DNA of 64,000 nucleotides, taken from assembly GCA_964435495.1 (NCBI GenBank), contig CAYSZK010000003.1, positions 2,870 to 66,869 of the forward strand, read 5' to 3'. A program made the translations under genes and the position numbers. The notes beneath the pieces are model-generated. The model saw nothing but the letters and a program-made list of their open reading frames with translations, was not told the DNA's origin and did not search any database. The stretch is from an uncultured Verrucomicrobiales bacterium. GTDB taxonomy: Bacteria; Verrucomicrobiota; Verrucomicrobiia; JADLBR01; JAIBCM01. The first letter of the stretch is position 1, and each line of letters begins with the position of its first letter. Positions 1-9,272 of this stretch are shown here, piece by piece.

Positions 1-154
1 ATCGAGAGTTGACGAGGGCATGGGTAGGTAGCCGCCGACCATGCTAGCCGGAACAGCGGGCGGATGCCACGTTCAAAAATCGGCGGGCGCTGTGCGGCGG
101 CGGGGGAGGCCGCGGGGCGGGATGCGCCCGTTGCCACCGGGCAACCCCCGGTTG

Positions 155-3100
155 CTAGGGCCCGCCGAGACAGACCACGCGGCCATTGCTCAGGGCCAGG
201 ATCAGGCGACCCTCCGCGGACGCCATGCCGTCGAACACCGGGCATGCCGGGAGGTCGATGGCGCCGGCTTCCGAACCGTCCGCCCCCTTGTGCACGAGCA
301 GTTTGGCCGGTCCGCGCCAGTGGCCCGCCTCGTTCCACTGCTCGTTCGTCGAGCCCTCGACCACGCCCGCGCTGAACACCATGTCGGCGCCGTCGGCGCC
401 GGGCGCCGCGAGGATGGCGCGGATCAGGATGGGCACGGGCGTTTGCCAGAGAGGCGGCGCGGTGCGCATAAAATCGCTGCTGTTGCCATATGGCCGCCCG
501 GGACTGGCCTTCTTCAGGACCTCCTTGTCGATCATGTCGCCGCGCATGTTGTCGGTTTCAAACGCATCCGCCACGAGAAGGTTGCCCGTGCCGGGTTTGT
601 GCACCGGATACCAACCGCCCTCATAGTGTTTCGCGGCGTAAACCGCTTTCTGGCCCACGGCGAGGATCGTGCCGCCCCGGGCCGCGACGCCGCCGCCGCC
701 GGCCTTGCCCGGCCAGGTGTCGTCAAACGTCCAGAAGCTTCTGTGGTACATCGTGTCGTCCATGAACCCGAATTGGGGCATCAGATGCATCCCGCCCATG
801 GGCCGAATGCCGATGTGGTCGGCGCGCGTCAGGGGCGCCCGCTCCAGGGCGGGCGTGAACTTGTTCTGGCGCATGTACAGGTCCTTGCCGTCGGTCACCA
901 GCAGATCGGCGTCGGCCCCTTCGACGTCGTACCCGCTCGCGAGCTGGGTCTTGAGCTGGTCGAGCTTCGGGCCGGCTGCGTCGTCAGCGTCCTTGTCGCT
1001 GAGCACCGGCGTCCTGAGTTGTTCCCGTGTCGGATGGGGCCCGTCGATCTGGGTGTGATGCCGCACCGCGCCCGACGCCGGGTCCAAGGCGTAGAGGTGG
1101 ACGCCGCGGTCCAGGAAACTGTTGCGTCCCGCCACGGCGTACACCAACCCTCCCGCGTAGAGCACGCCCGCGCTCACCGGCCATGCGCTTTCCAGGCGGT
1201 CCTGGCTCAGCGTCAACCGGGGCAGGGGCGCCGCGAGGAATTTCCAGGCCAACTCCCCATCCGCCGCCCGCAGGCTGTACACATGCCCGTCGCGGCAGCC
1301 GGTGAAGAGCCGCCCGCCCACAACGGTCGGCGGGCCGTCCAGCGCTCCGGGAAAGGAGCGGCGCCACTGGATTGCGCCCGAAGCTTGGTCCAGGCAGATG
1401 AGTTCGTAGGTGTCTTTGCGGGCCACGAATACGCGACCGCCGCCGAGGGTCGCCGGTGTCAGGTCCCCGCCCAAATCCCGTTCCCACGCGACGGCGAGCG
1501 CGGGTGGAAGCGGCGTCGTTGCGCGGCCCGTCCGCATGTCGTCGCCACGGTAGGTCGTCCAGCCGCCCGCGGCGGGTTTGACTGGTTCTTGGAAGGCCGG
1601 CCCTTTTTCGAGCCGGGACGGGTCGGCGGGCGGGGGCGCCTGGTCCAAGCCGGGCGGGAGGGCTGGGGCGAACGCGTGGAACCCGTTGACCTTGGCCCCC
1701 GAGTAGCAGGCGCATGGGTCCGGCGTGGTATAGAACAGGCCATTGGCCGGCAGATTGCCCAGGGAACAGGTGCCGCGAATCCAGTCGTTGATCATGTGCT
1801 CCTCGCCCTTGAGGTCCACGAACTCCGCGCCGCGCATGGGCGTGATCAAAAACCGTTCCGTGGCCTTGCCCGGAAAACAGCGGACGTGATGCCCGCGCTT
1901 GAGCATTCCGGCGAGGTCGGGGCCTTTGACATTTTCGCCGCTGGCCAGGCTCAGGCCCGAGGCGGTGTCGAACCAGATGACGCCGTTGACAACCCGCGTG
2001 GCCAGGGGGAACCCGAACCCGCCTTGCTGGCTGAAGCGCGGGTTGGCCCACACCTTCTGGCCGGTGGCCAGGTCCAGGCAGACGCCGCCGCCACACGCCG
2101 CGCTGGCCCAAACGACTCGTTTCTCGGTGATCAACAGCGCGCCCAACGATCCGCGCGATCCAAACCGGTTCCGGTCTGTCGCCGGGTTGGCGAATTCCCA
2201 CGCGGGCGCGCCGGTCTTCGCGTCCAGCGCGGTGAGCGCCTCGTAATTGTGATAGACCACCTTGCCCTCCGCCATGGCCAGCGCCTGATGCGCCACGACC
2301 GGGGCGTCCCGTTGCCAAAGCACTTTGCCGGACTCCGCGTCCACCGCGGCGACGCGTTCGTTCTTTTTGCCGCGCAGATGATCGAGCAGCCGGCCCTGCA
2401 ATTCCCCTTTTGCCTTGTCCTTGGGAACGCCCTCGGCCTCCATCGCCTTGGCGCGCGCCAGGGACGGCGTGAACTTGTTCTCGGGCATGTCGATCTCCGC
2501 GCGCACGCGGCACACCACCAGCGGACCGTCCGCGATGATCTCGTCCACGATTCCGCCCAAGTCGATTTCGCGAAGGGTCTTGCCCGTGGCCGCATCCAGA
2601 ACGCTCAAGGGCCCTTTCCGGTAGCTCAGGGCAGCATACAACCGCCCGCCGTGGACCACCATCCGCCGGTTGATGCTCAAGGGGCTGCGCCAGATGTTGT
2701 CGGACGTCGGTTGCGAACCCACCTCCTCAAAAAAGGTCTGCCCATACCCGTCCAGCGGGCGTTTCCAAAGCAGCGCCCCGTTGAACGCGTCCCGCGCCAC
2801 CAGCGACCACCGCTCCGCCAGCCCGCCCTCCTCCAGCAGAAACGAGCCTTCGTCCAGGAAATGGAAAATCCGCCCGCCGCCCGTGACCAACCCCAGGAAA
2901 CTCGCGCCCCAATTGTGGCTGCGCAAGTGGAACGGCGGCGCGTACCAGCGAAACGACCGCGGCGTCGCCACCTCGCGGTCCCGCGACACCGCGTTGCCCG
3001 ACGCGTCATACAAAAAATGGGTCCACTCGTCGAGGGCCTCCGGCACGGGCGCCGCCGTGGCGCCGTCCGCCTTCACCCAAAGCCCGCGCGGCGCCAGCAC

Positions 3101-3478
3101 CCGCCGGACCTCTTCGTCGGAGGCCGCATCCGGCCCCGCCGCCACCAGGGCGTTCACGACGCGCTCCGCGAACGGCAACCGTTTCCCGTCCCACGCCGAC
3201 ACCGTGAACCGTCCCTGCAACCCCGCTTGGTCAATAGCCGCCTGGGCCTTGGCCACGGCGGCCGCGTCCCCCAGCAAGATGCGGACATGGAACGCGCCGC
3301 CCAATTCTTTCAATCCAAGGTCGTCGGAGCCCACCTGCGCGATCAACCCGCCGGAGATGCCCGCATCCCGGACAACCGAAGCGGGAGAGGCAGCGCCCGT
3401 GGAGGCGGCGCCATGGGCCAGGAGCGCGAGTGTGGCCGCGAGAAACATGGGCCGGGCGGAAAGGGTGTGACGGGTCAT
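155..3478 (-). CDS. Secreted PQQ-like beta-propeller repeat protein (1107 aa)
   Basis: N-terminal signal-like segment (MFLAATLALLAHGAAS). Repeated W/G-rich beta-propeller (PQQ enzyme-repeat-like) motifs run throughout. The ATG at 3478 overlaps the stop of the upstream GH43 gene by 4 bp (ATGA). Confidence 0.7.
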   Translation of the reverse strand: MTRHTLSARPMFLAATLALLAHGAASTGAASPASVVRDAGISGGLIAQVGSDDLGLKELGGAFHVRILLGDAAAVAKAQAAIDQAGLQGRFTVSAWDGKRLPFAERVVNALVAAGPDAASDEEVRRVLAPRGLWVKADGATAAPVPEALDEWTHFLYDASGNAVSRDREVATPRSFRWYAPPFHLRSHNWGASFLGLVTGGGRIFHFLDEGSFLLEEGGLAERWSLVARDAFNGALLWKRPLDGYGQTFFEEVGSQPTSDNIWRSPLSINRRMVVHGGRLYAALSYRKGPLSVLDAATGKTLREIDLGGIVDEIIADGPLVVCRVRAEIDMPENKFTPSLARAKAMEAEGVPKDKAKGELQGRLLDHLRGKKNERVAAVDAESGKVLWQRDAPVVAHQALAMAEGKVVYHNYEALTALDAKTGAPAWEFANPATDRNRFGSRGSLGALLITEKRVVWASAACGGGVCLDLATGQKVWANPRFSQQGGFGFPLATRVVNGVIWFDTASGLSLASGENVKGPDLAGMLKRGHHVRCFPGKATERFLITPMRGAEFVDLKGEEHMINDWIRGTCSLGNLPANGLFYTTPDPCACYSGAKVNGFHAFAPALPPGLDQAPPPADPSRLEKGPAFQEPVKPAAGGWTTYRGDDMRTGRATTPLPPALAVAWERDLGGDLTPATLGGGRVFVARKDTYELICLDQASGAIQWRRSFPGALDGPPTVVGGRLFTGCRDGHVYSLRAADGELAWKFLAAPLPRLTLSQDRLESAWPVSAGVLYAGGLVYAVAGRNSFLDRGVHLYALDPASGAVRHHTQIDGPHPTREQLRTPVLSDKDADDAAGPKLDQLKTQLASGYDVEGADADLLVTDGKDLYMRQNKFTPALERAPLTRADHIGIRPMGGMHLMPQFGFMDDTMYHRSFWTFDDTWPGKAGGGGVAARGGTILAVGQKAVYAAKHYEGGWYPVHKPGTGNLLVADAFETDNMRGDMIDKEVLKKASPGRPYGNSSDFMRTAPPLWQTPVPILIRAILAAPGADGADMVFSAGVVEGSTNEQWNEAGHWRGPAKLLVHKGADGSEAGAIDLPACPVFDGMASAEGRLILALSNGRVVCLGGP

Positions 3479-5526
3479 GGCAGTTCGTCCTTGATCTCAA
3501 TCCGTACCGTGTCATCGGGGTCTTTGCGGATGTCGTAAACGAGGACCCCCGGATAATTGGGCCACGGTCCCGTGGATTCGTTGCCGAACAGGAGCCCGAA
3601 CCACCGTCCGTCCGGCCCTTGCAACGGCGGGCAGGAATGCCCCGCGTGCGGCATGGCGTAGGCCCGGCGCGGCATTTCATACGGCCCTTCAAGTTTGTCC
3701 GACTGCCAATAGACCCAGTCGTACGTGCCATCGACCCTGTAGTTTTCGCCGTAGGTTCCGCCGCACCAACCGGTGGCGAACACCATGTACTTGCCGTGGA
3801 TTTTGAGGAGGTTCGTCGCGACGTCCCCTTTCGCAAAGGCCGTTCCCATCTCCGTCCGCAACGTGATACGCTTGCCGCCCTCCATCTTGGCGCCTTTCGG
3901 GTCCCACTCCTCCAGGGTGCCGTTGTAAAAGATGTAGGTCTTGCCGTCGTCGTCCACAAAGGCGGTGTTCTGGGCGCGCGAGCGGTCCACGTATTCATAC
4001 GGGCCCTCGGGTTTCCCGGTCTTCGACCGCAGCCACATCGTGCCGCCCCATGCCTGCGAACCGTCCGCCTTTTTTGGCCCGCCATACAACGAGGTGAAGA
4101 TGTGGAACGTCCCGCCCACGAAATAGATTTCGCTGTCCATGTATTTCGCACCGAGCGACGACTGCTGTTTGGGGTCGTCGAACCGCGCCTTACGGTCCTC
4201 CTCGGTGACGCCGGGGATGCTCATGAAATCAAACTGGATGTCCACCGGTTCCCACGCCCGCATATCCTTGGACCGGAACACCATGATCCGCCCGGCGTAG
4301 GCCTTGTCGGTGCCTGAGCCCGTGAGATAGGTGAACCCGTCGGGCGCCATGCTGCATTGCAGGTCCCGGATGTGATAGGGCGCCACCACCTTCAGCTTGT
4401 CCCAGGGCCCGAACTCGGTGAACGCGCCGGGCTTGATGTAGGGCAAGGGCGCCGGTGGCCGTTTGCCGTACGTGTTTTCCAAACCGAACTCCAGCGGCAC
4501 AATCGCTGGTTTGTCCCGAATCGCCGCCCGGCTGTCCCTGCCCGAGAACGTGGCGAACCACGCGTCGCCGGGTCCTTGGAAAACGGTGGTCTGGCCGCCG
4601 TGCGGCACCGCCACCAGCGGCTCGGTGTAGGGTCCCTCCAGCTTGTCCGAGCCCGCCACAAATGTGTCGTAGCAGCCCACCCCAATCCGGTCCCGGACCG
4701 CCGCCGCCATCAGCCAGTAGCGGTTGTTCGCCTTGAACAGGAACGCCCCCGCGGTTCCCGCGTACCGCGGCGCGTGGGTTGAGTCCATCGGTTCGTGCCC
4801 GCCGTGGGGGATCGACGGAAACGGCGCGCACCGCAGCAGCCGCGGCGCCTCGGCCAGCCCGGAAAGATCGTCCTTAAGCCGCGCCATCCAGCCCTGCCCC
4901 ATCACCCAATACGCCGCGCCGCCATTCGCGTCGTCCACAAAAATCGACGCGTCCGTCCCCTCCGCCGTGAACTGGCCCAAATCCTCGTAAGGCCCTTCCG
5001 GCTTGCCGGTCGTGCTCCGCAGCAGGCCAGTGCCCTGGCCGTTCATGCTGTAGGTGATCCAGTAGGTATCCTTGCGGTAATGCGCCTCGGGCGAAACCAT
5101 CCCGCGCACCAGCGGCCCCGCCGGATCGTCCGGGTTCACCCGCATTTCCTTCTGCCACGCGCTCTTTGGGCCGGTGGCCTGTTTTGCAATGCTCCACACC
5201 TGCCCCATCTCCTTCCATTCCTTCAAATCCGTCGAGCGCCACAACCAGACTCCGTCGTTATTCTGGAAGTCGGACGGGCCTTTCCGATCGGATGAATCAG
5301 ACCGATCCCCCGCTGAAGCGACCGTGCCGGTTAGGTACCATGCCCCGTCGCCGCCCTTGCAGATGCTCGTGTCCCGGACCGGCGCGTCAAACAACGGCGC
5401 GACCTTGGACCGCGGCGCGTCAAGCTCGGGCGGCGCCATCGCGCCAGCGTCCGCCGCCGACAAGGCAGCCAAGCCCAAAACCAGCGCCCCTTGCCTCAAC
5501 CGTCCGAATCCCGCCTTGTCCGCCAT
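3475..5526 (-). CDS. Glycoside hydrolase family 43-like protein (multi-domain, secreted)
   Basis: Repeated GH43-type five-bladed propeller motifs (DGxWYL, WLWRSxDLKxW). I checked that the ATG at 5526 gives a signal peptide (MADKAGFGRLRQGALVLGLAALSAADAGA). The longer 5598 start has no signal peptide. Confidence 0.75.
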   Translation of the reverse strand: MADKAGFGRLRQGALVLGLAALSAADAGAMAPPELDAPRSKVAPLFDAPVRDTSICKGGDGAWYLTGTVASAGDRSDSSDRKGPSDFQNNDGVWLWRSTDLKEWKEMGQVWSIAKQATGPKSAWQKEMRVNPDDPAGPLVRGMVSPEAHYRKDTYWITYSMNGQGTGLLRSTTGKPEGPYEDLGQFTAEGTDASIFVDDANGGAAYWVMGQGWMARLKDDLSGLAEAPRLLRCAPFPSIPHGGHEPMDSTHAPRYAGTAGAFLFKANNRYWLMAAAVRDRIGVGCYDTFVAGSDKLEGPYTEPLVAVPHGGQTTVFQGPGDAWFATFSGRDSRAAIRDKPAIVPLEFGLENTYGKRPPAPLPYIKPGAFTEFGPWDKLKVVAPYHIRDLQCSMAPDGFTYLTGSGTDKAYAGRIMVFRSKDMRAWEPVDIQFDFMSIPGVTEEDRKARFDDPKQQSSLGAKYMDSEIYFVGGTFHIFTSLYGGPKKADGSQAWGGTMWLRSKTGKPEGPYEYVDRSRAQNTAFVDDDGKTYIFYNGTLEEWDPKGAKMEGGKRITLRTEMGTAFAKGDVATNLLKIHGKYMVFATGWCGGTYGENYRVDGTYDWVYWQSDKLEGPYEMPRRAYAMPHAGHSCPPLQGPDGRWFGLLFGNESTGPWPNYPGVLVYDIRKDPDDTVRIEIKDELP

Positions 5527-5537
5527 CGCCGTCCTCC

Positions 5538-6485
5538 TCATGGAACCGCCAGAAGTTGTGGTTGCCCGCCGCAGGGCAGCCCCGACACCGCCCGCCACGC
5601 GCTGTCTTTGTCCTGGAACACCGTCACCGGCCCGCTGCCCCGCAACACGGTGGAGGTCTCGCGATACGGACCCTCCAGTTTATCCGAGGTCCACAAGACC
5701 GCGTCGTGGGACGGTTTGCCGTCATGCGCCTGCCAACGCGGGGCGAGGGCGCAATACTTTCCCTCCCGTTTGAACAACGCCACGCCCTTGCCGCCCAGCG
5801 TCAGCCTGTCCTTTGCCGGATCGCCGGTTTGAGCCGGGGCCAGGAGTCTGGGCGCTTCGGCGAGTTTCTCAAGGTCCGGCGCCACCCTCGCGATCCATCC
5901 GTCCGCGAACACCAGATAGACGGCGCTGTCCTCGAGGAAAAAGGAGGGCGTCCCGCCGCGCGTGGCGAGGTAGCCGTGATCGTCATAAGGCCCCTCGGGC
6001 TTGCCGCTGGCGCTCTTCTGCACGATGATGTTCTGGCCGTTCATCGCGCAGAGCAGATACCAGGCGCCCTGGATCGAATAGAACTTCGGCGCGGTTGTCG
6101 CCTGGGCAAGCAACCCGTCGATCCGGTCCGCCGGCGCGCTCCAGTCCAGCCAGATGCCGCGCTTGGGCTTTCCGCCGCGGGCGAAATGCTCCGCCCGGTC
6201 CCAAGCGTACACGGGGTTCTCCCACGTTTTCAAATCCCTGGAGCGCCACAGAGGCGCGCCGCGGTTGTAATCGAAGTCGGTCTTGCCTGATTTGTCGAAG
6301 GTGCCCGCGGTGCCGGTGAGCAGGTACCCTCCTTCGCCGTCGGGGCAAACAAACGCGTCGCGAAGCATGTCGAGGCGCGGTGGCCCGGCAAGAGCGCCGG
6401 GTTCGGCGGCGCGGACGGGCGGGAGGAGAAGGATGGCCACGAGGATGGCCGCGAGGGCGGAGCGAGCGGGACGGGCAGAATTCAT
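5538..6485 (-). CDS. Glycoside hydrolase family 43-like protein
   Basis: Signal peptide (ALAAILVAILLLPPVRAAEP). Motifs are shared with the neighbouring GH43 paralog (DGEGGYLLTGT, PLWRSRDLKTWE). It lies 12 bp upstream of that paralog. Confidence 0.75.
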   Translation of the reverse strand: MNSARPARSALAAILVAILLLPPVRAAEPGALAGPPRLDMLRDAFVCPDGEGGYLLTGTAGTFDKSGKTDFDYNRGAPLWRSRDLKTWENPVYAWDRAEHFARGGKPKRGIWLDWSAPADRIDGLLAQATTAPKFYSIQGAWYLLCAMNGQNIIVQKSASGKPEGPYDDHGYLATRGGTPSFFLEDSAVYLVFADGWIARVAPDLEKLAEAPRLLAPAQTGDPAKDRLTLGGKGVALFKREGKYCALAPRWQAHDGKPSHDAVLWTSDKLEGPYRETSTVLRGSGPVTVFQDKDSAWRAVSGLPCGGQPQLLAVP

Positions 6486-6590
6486 GGGTTGTCGGATTTA
6501 GCGCGTAAACCATTACGTTGAATCAGTGCCCCCGCCTGTCAACCCTTTGGGGCGCGCTGGTCCCCACCGCTTTCGTATGGGGTTCTGGCA

Positions 6591-6710
6591 GGAAAGTGGA
6601 AGCAGCCCCCGCCACTTCAGGTTGTGCCGTCGATAAATGGGGTCTCCGTAAGGAAGTGGCGGGGCCGCCGCTTAACGCGTGGGATGGACCAAGCGGAGCG
6701 GCAAGGGCGG
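6591..6710. repeat. Copy A of a conserved roughly 120-bp GC-rich stem-loop repeat
   Basis: It is near-identical to 8321..8440 (3 mismatches or indels). A perfect 14-15-bp stem (GCCCCCGCCACTTC / GAAGTGGCGGGGC) encloses a roughly 33-nt loop (AGGTTGTGCCGTCGATAAATGGGGTCTCCGTAAG). Confidence 0.85.
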
Positions 6711-6798
6711 AAGATGTTCCCAAAACGGCCCACCGCTCCCTGCAACGGATCAATCCAGGGAAAACCGCACGGGGCCGAGGACCGGCGCAGGAAAAAAA

Positions 6799-8271
6799 TC
6801 AGCGGCCACGGCGCGCGAAGGGAACCAGAACCGCAATGCCGGCCAGCGCCGGCATCACCGTGCCCGGTTCGGGGATCGCGGTCACGACCAGTTCGATGTT
6901 GTTGCCGTTGAGCTGCAACAGGCCGTTCCATGAGAAGCCAATCGTGCCCGCGGTGACCCCGCCCAGCCCCCCCGCGAGGTTGGTGCTGGTGAAGAGCGTG
7001 TAGGTGGTGGCGAACAGGCCCGCCTGCTCGGTGAAGGTGAAGTCGGTGAACTCCAGGGTGTTGATGGAAAGGATGCCCGTGAGCACATTGATCCGGTCGC
7101 CGGTCAAGCCAATGTCGAACAGCAGGTCCCCCGGCTCAATGGCCGTGAGGTCCAGAACGCCGGTCAGGAGCGAGAGATCGAGGTCCTCGATTGTGCCGTC
7201 CCCGCCGGGGGCCAGGCGTCCGCCGGCCTGGACAGTGATTCCGACCTCATTGGTTTCGAGGTTGATGGCGCCGGTGCCGCCGAGGGTGGAGTTTGTCGCC
7301 ACGGTGTAGGCGCCCGCGCTGTTGTGCCTGCCGTTGATCAGGAGCGTGCCGCCGCCCTGGACTGTTGTCGTGCCTTCCAGCGTGTTGGTGCCGGTGAATG
7401 TCAACGTCCCGGTCCCATCCTTGATGAAGGAGCGTTCGCCGGCGGCGTTCGGGTGGTCGGGCATGGCGCCGCTGAAGGTGGTGTTGTTGGTTTGGTTGAT
7501 TCGGAACGTGCCGCCACCGTTGCCGCCACTAAAGGTAAGATCCCCGCTGCCGGAAAGGGCGCCGAGGGTGGTGGTGACGTTCGTGGCGGTGGAAACATTC
7601 ATCGTGGTGCCGAGCGCCAGGACAACATTCAGATTGGGCTGATTGAAGGTTCCGGTGAGGTTGTCGATGTTCAAAGTGCCGTTTGAGACTGTCACCGTGG
7701 TGGGCGCCGAGAACGTCACGGTGGATCGGATGCCCAAGTTTCCGATGCCCGTTTTCACGAAGTCGCCGGAAACCGCCATGTTGTTCAGTCCCAGGTCCAC
7801 GGCCGCGGTGGTAACGTTTTCCACTTCCACAACAGCGCCCGCCGTGAAGGCCAGGGTGGAACCGCTCAAGCCAATGGTGCCATTGGTGCTCTGGCTGGTT
7901 CCCAGGCGCCATCGGATTCCGCCGATGGAAAGGGGGGCGGAGATCGAGATATTCTGGTTGTTTGCCGTGAATGAATTGGTGGCGACGGTGAAGACCATGG
8001 TCGAGTTGCTGGTCCCCCCGGCTGTCGCAAAGTCCGTTGTGGCGCTCACGCCCCCGTCGGTCGCCGTCCAGTTGGAGCCCTGAATCGAACTGCCGTTGTA
8101 AAGGCCGTACTGTGGCGTCACGCCATCGGTGTCGAAATAGAGGAGCTGGCCCTGCGCCTGGGCGGTTCCGAAGACAGGTGCCGCCAACGCGGCGGCCCTG
8201 TGGATAAACTTTGCCCCTTGGTTTTTCACGGACGTCAATCTGAGGCCGGGCCCGCCGGGAGTCAAGGGCAT
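6799..8271 (-). CDS. PEP-CTERM sorting-domain protein (secreted, Ser/Thr/Gly/Asn-rich beta-repeat)
   Basis: C-terminus PEPGTVMPALAGIAVLVPFARRGR shows a PEP motif, a TM helix and an Arg cluster. The body has low-complexity T/G/N/S-rich repeats. Confidence 0.75.
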   Translation of the reverse strand: MPLTPGGPGLRLTSVKNQGAKFIHRAAALAAPVFGTAQAQGQLLYFDTDGVTPQYGLYNGSSIQGSNWTATDGGVSATTDFATAGGTSNSTMVFTVATNSFTANNQNISISAPLSIGGIRWRLGTSQSTNGTIGLSGSTLAFTAGAVVEVENVTTAAVDLGLNNMAVSGDFVKTGIGNLGIRSTVTFSAPTTVTVSNGTLNIDNLTGTFNQPNLNVVLALGTTMNVSTATNVTTTLGALSGSGDLTFSGGNGGGTFRINQTNNTTFSGAMPDHPNAAGERSFIKDGTGTLTFTGTNTLEGTTTVQGGGTLLINGRHNSAGAYTVATNSTLGGTGAINLETNEVGITVQAGGRLAPGGDGTIEDLDLSLLTGVLDLTAIEPGDLLFDIGLTGDRINVLTGILSINTLEFTDFTFTEQAGLFATTYTLFTSTNLAGGLGGVTAGTIGFSWNGLLQLNGNNIELVVTAIPEPGTVMPALAGIAVLVPFARRGR

Positions 8272-8320
8272 TTGCTATCAAATGTCTCAATAGATACCAT
8301 TGCCCCCGGGGCCCTTCGGC

Positions 8321-8440
8321 GGAAAAGTGGAAGCGGCCCCCGCCACTTCAGGTTGTGCCGTCGATAAATGGGGTCTCCGTAAGGAAGTGGCGGGGCCGCC
8401 GCTTAACGCGTGGGATGGGCCAAGCGGAGCGGCAAGGGCG
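8321..8440. repeat. Copy B of the roughly 120-bp stem-loop repeat
   Basis: Direct-orientation near-identical copy of 6591..6710. It sits immediately upstream of the PEP-CTERM gene start. Confidence 0.85.
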
Positions 8441-8687
8441 GTGTCTGGGTAAGGAATTGCGGTGTGCCGGAGATAATCGGCGGGCGTGAGAAGGCGCAGG
8501 CCCGAGGCGGGCCGGGGCGCGGAAGCGGTGGGCCGGGGCTCTGGGGCGTCGGAAAGGAGCGCGCTGGGGGTTGGGGGTTGGGGCTGGGAGGCGCAACGGG
8601 AGTGCTCTTTTGTTTGCGGGTTTTGAGGGCGGGCGGGGGGCCGGGGTCAGAACAGGAGGGCGTTTCCAGTATTCCAATTGCGTCCGA

Positions 8688-9134
8688 CTACGGGGCGCGA
8701 TACGGGTCCGGTCCGGGATGGGTGGAGATCGGGGATGCGCGGAGATTTCCCGAGTAGAGAGGCGCGCAGCCGCAGACGCGCTGGAAGCGGTCGGGGTTGT
8801 CGAGGAAGGCGCGGAGTTTCTGGTAGGGCGTGGGGTTGTGGGCGGCGGGCGTGCCGTGGGGGCAGACGACCACTTCCCGAAGCGGGGCGGTCTCGCGCCA
8901 ATAGAGGAAAGCGGTCAGGCCGATGACGGCCACCGCGGCGGCTTTCGCAAAAACGACCAAACGCGTGCGCAGGGTGGTGCGGAGGTTTTCGCGGTTGCGC
9001 TCGGCGCGGAGGGCGGCGGTTACGCGGGCAAAGCCGTCGGCCGGGGCGGCGCGGCCGATGGCGAGGCGCAACGCGGCGACGGCCTGGCTGTCGGGGTCGT
9101 CGCCGGAGGAACGCGTTGGGGGGCCGGGGTTCAT
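8688..9134 (-). CDS. Hypothetical small membrane protein
   Basis: ORF with one predicted TM helix (VVFAKAAAVAVIGLTAFLYW). I recognised no family. It could be a GC artefact. Confidence 0.25.
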   Translation of the reverse strand: MNPGPPTRSSGDDPDSQAVAALRLAIGRAAPADGFARVTAALRAERNRENLRTTLRTRLVVFAKAAAVAVIGLTAFLYWRETAPLREVVVCPHGTPAAHNPTPYQKLRAFLDNPDRFQRVCGCAPLYSGNLRASPISTHPGPDPYRAP

Positions 9135-9272
9135 CTATTTGTACTTGCGATTACGCTAGAGCGGGAGGACCGGGGACACGAAAGTTGGAATCAACCCACC
9201 CGTTCGACATGCCGATGGGAACGCATCGCGTCTTCCGCCCAGCGGCGCAGGGCGGCGAGAACGGCGCTCCGG

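Noticed and set aside
41-3538. 1165-aa plus-strand ORF covering the start of the window
   Set aside because: It is antisense to the PQQ-propeller gene. Its composition is extremely R/G/A/P-rich and low-complexity, which is typical of GC-rich out-of-frame artefacts.
6617-6931. Two small minus-strand ORFs (6617-6931 and 8348-8677) with identical C-termini ...RSAW(S/P)IPRVKRRPRHFLTETPFIDGTT
   Set aside because: The shared part is simply the translation of the 120-bp repeat. Upstream parts are unrelated and low-complexity. The ORFs are an artefact of the repeat, not a gene family.
8440-8690. G-rich tract with GGGGTTGGGGGTTGGGGCTGGG motifs upstream of repeat copy B
   Set aside because: There is no clean periodicity and no spacer-repeat architecture (not CRISPR). 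It is probably an intergenic, promoter or low-complexity region. G-quadruplex potential is noted but is not assessable by eye.
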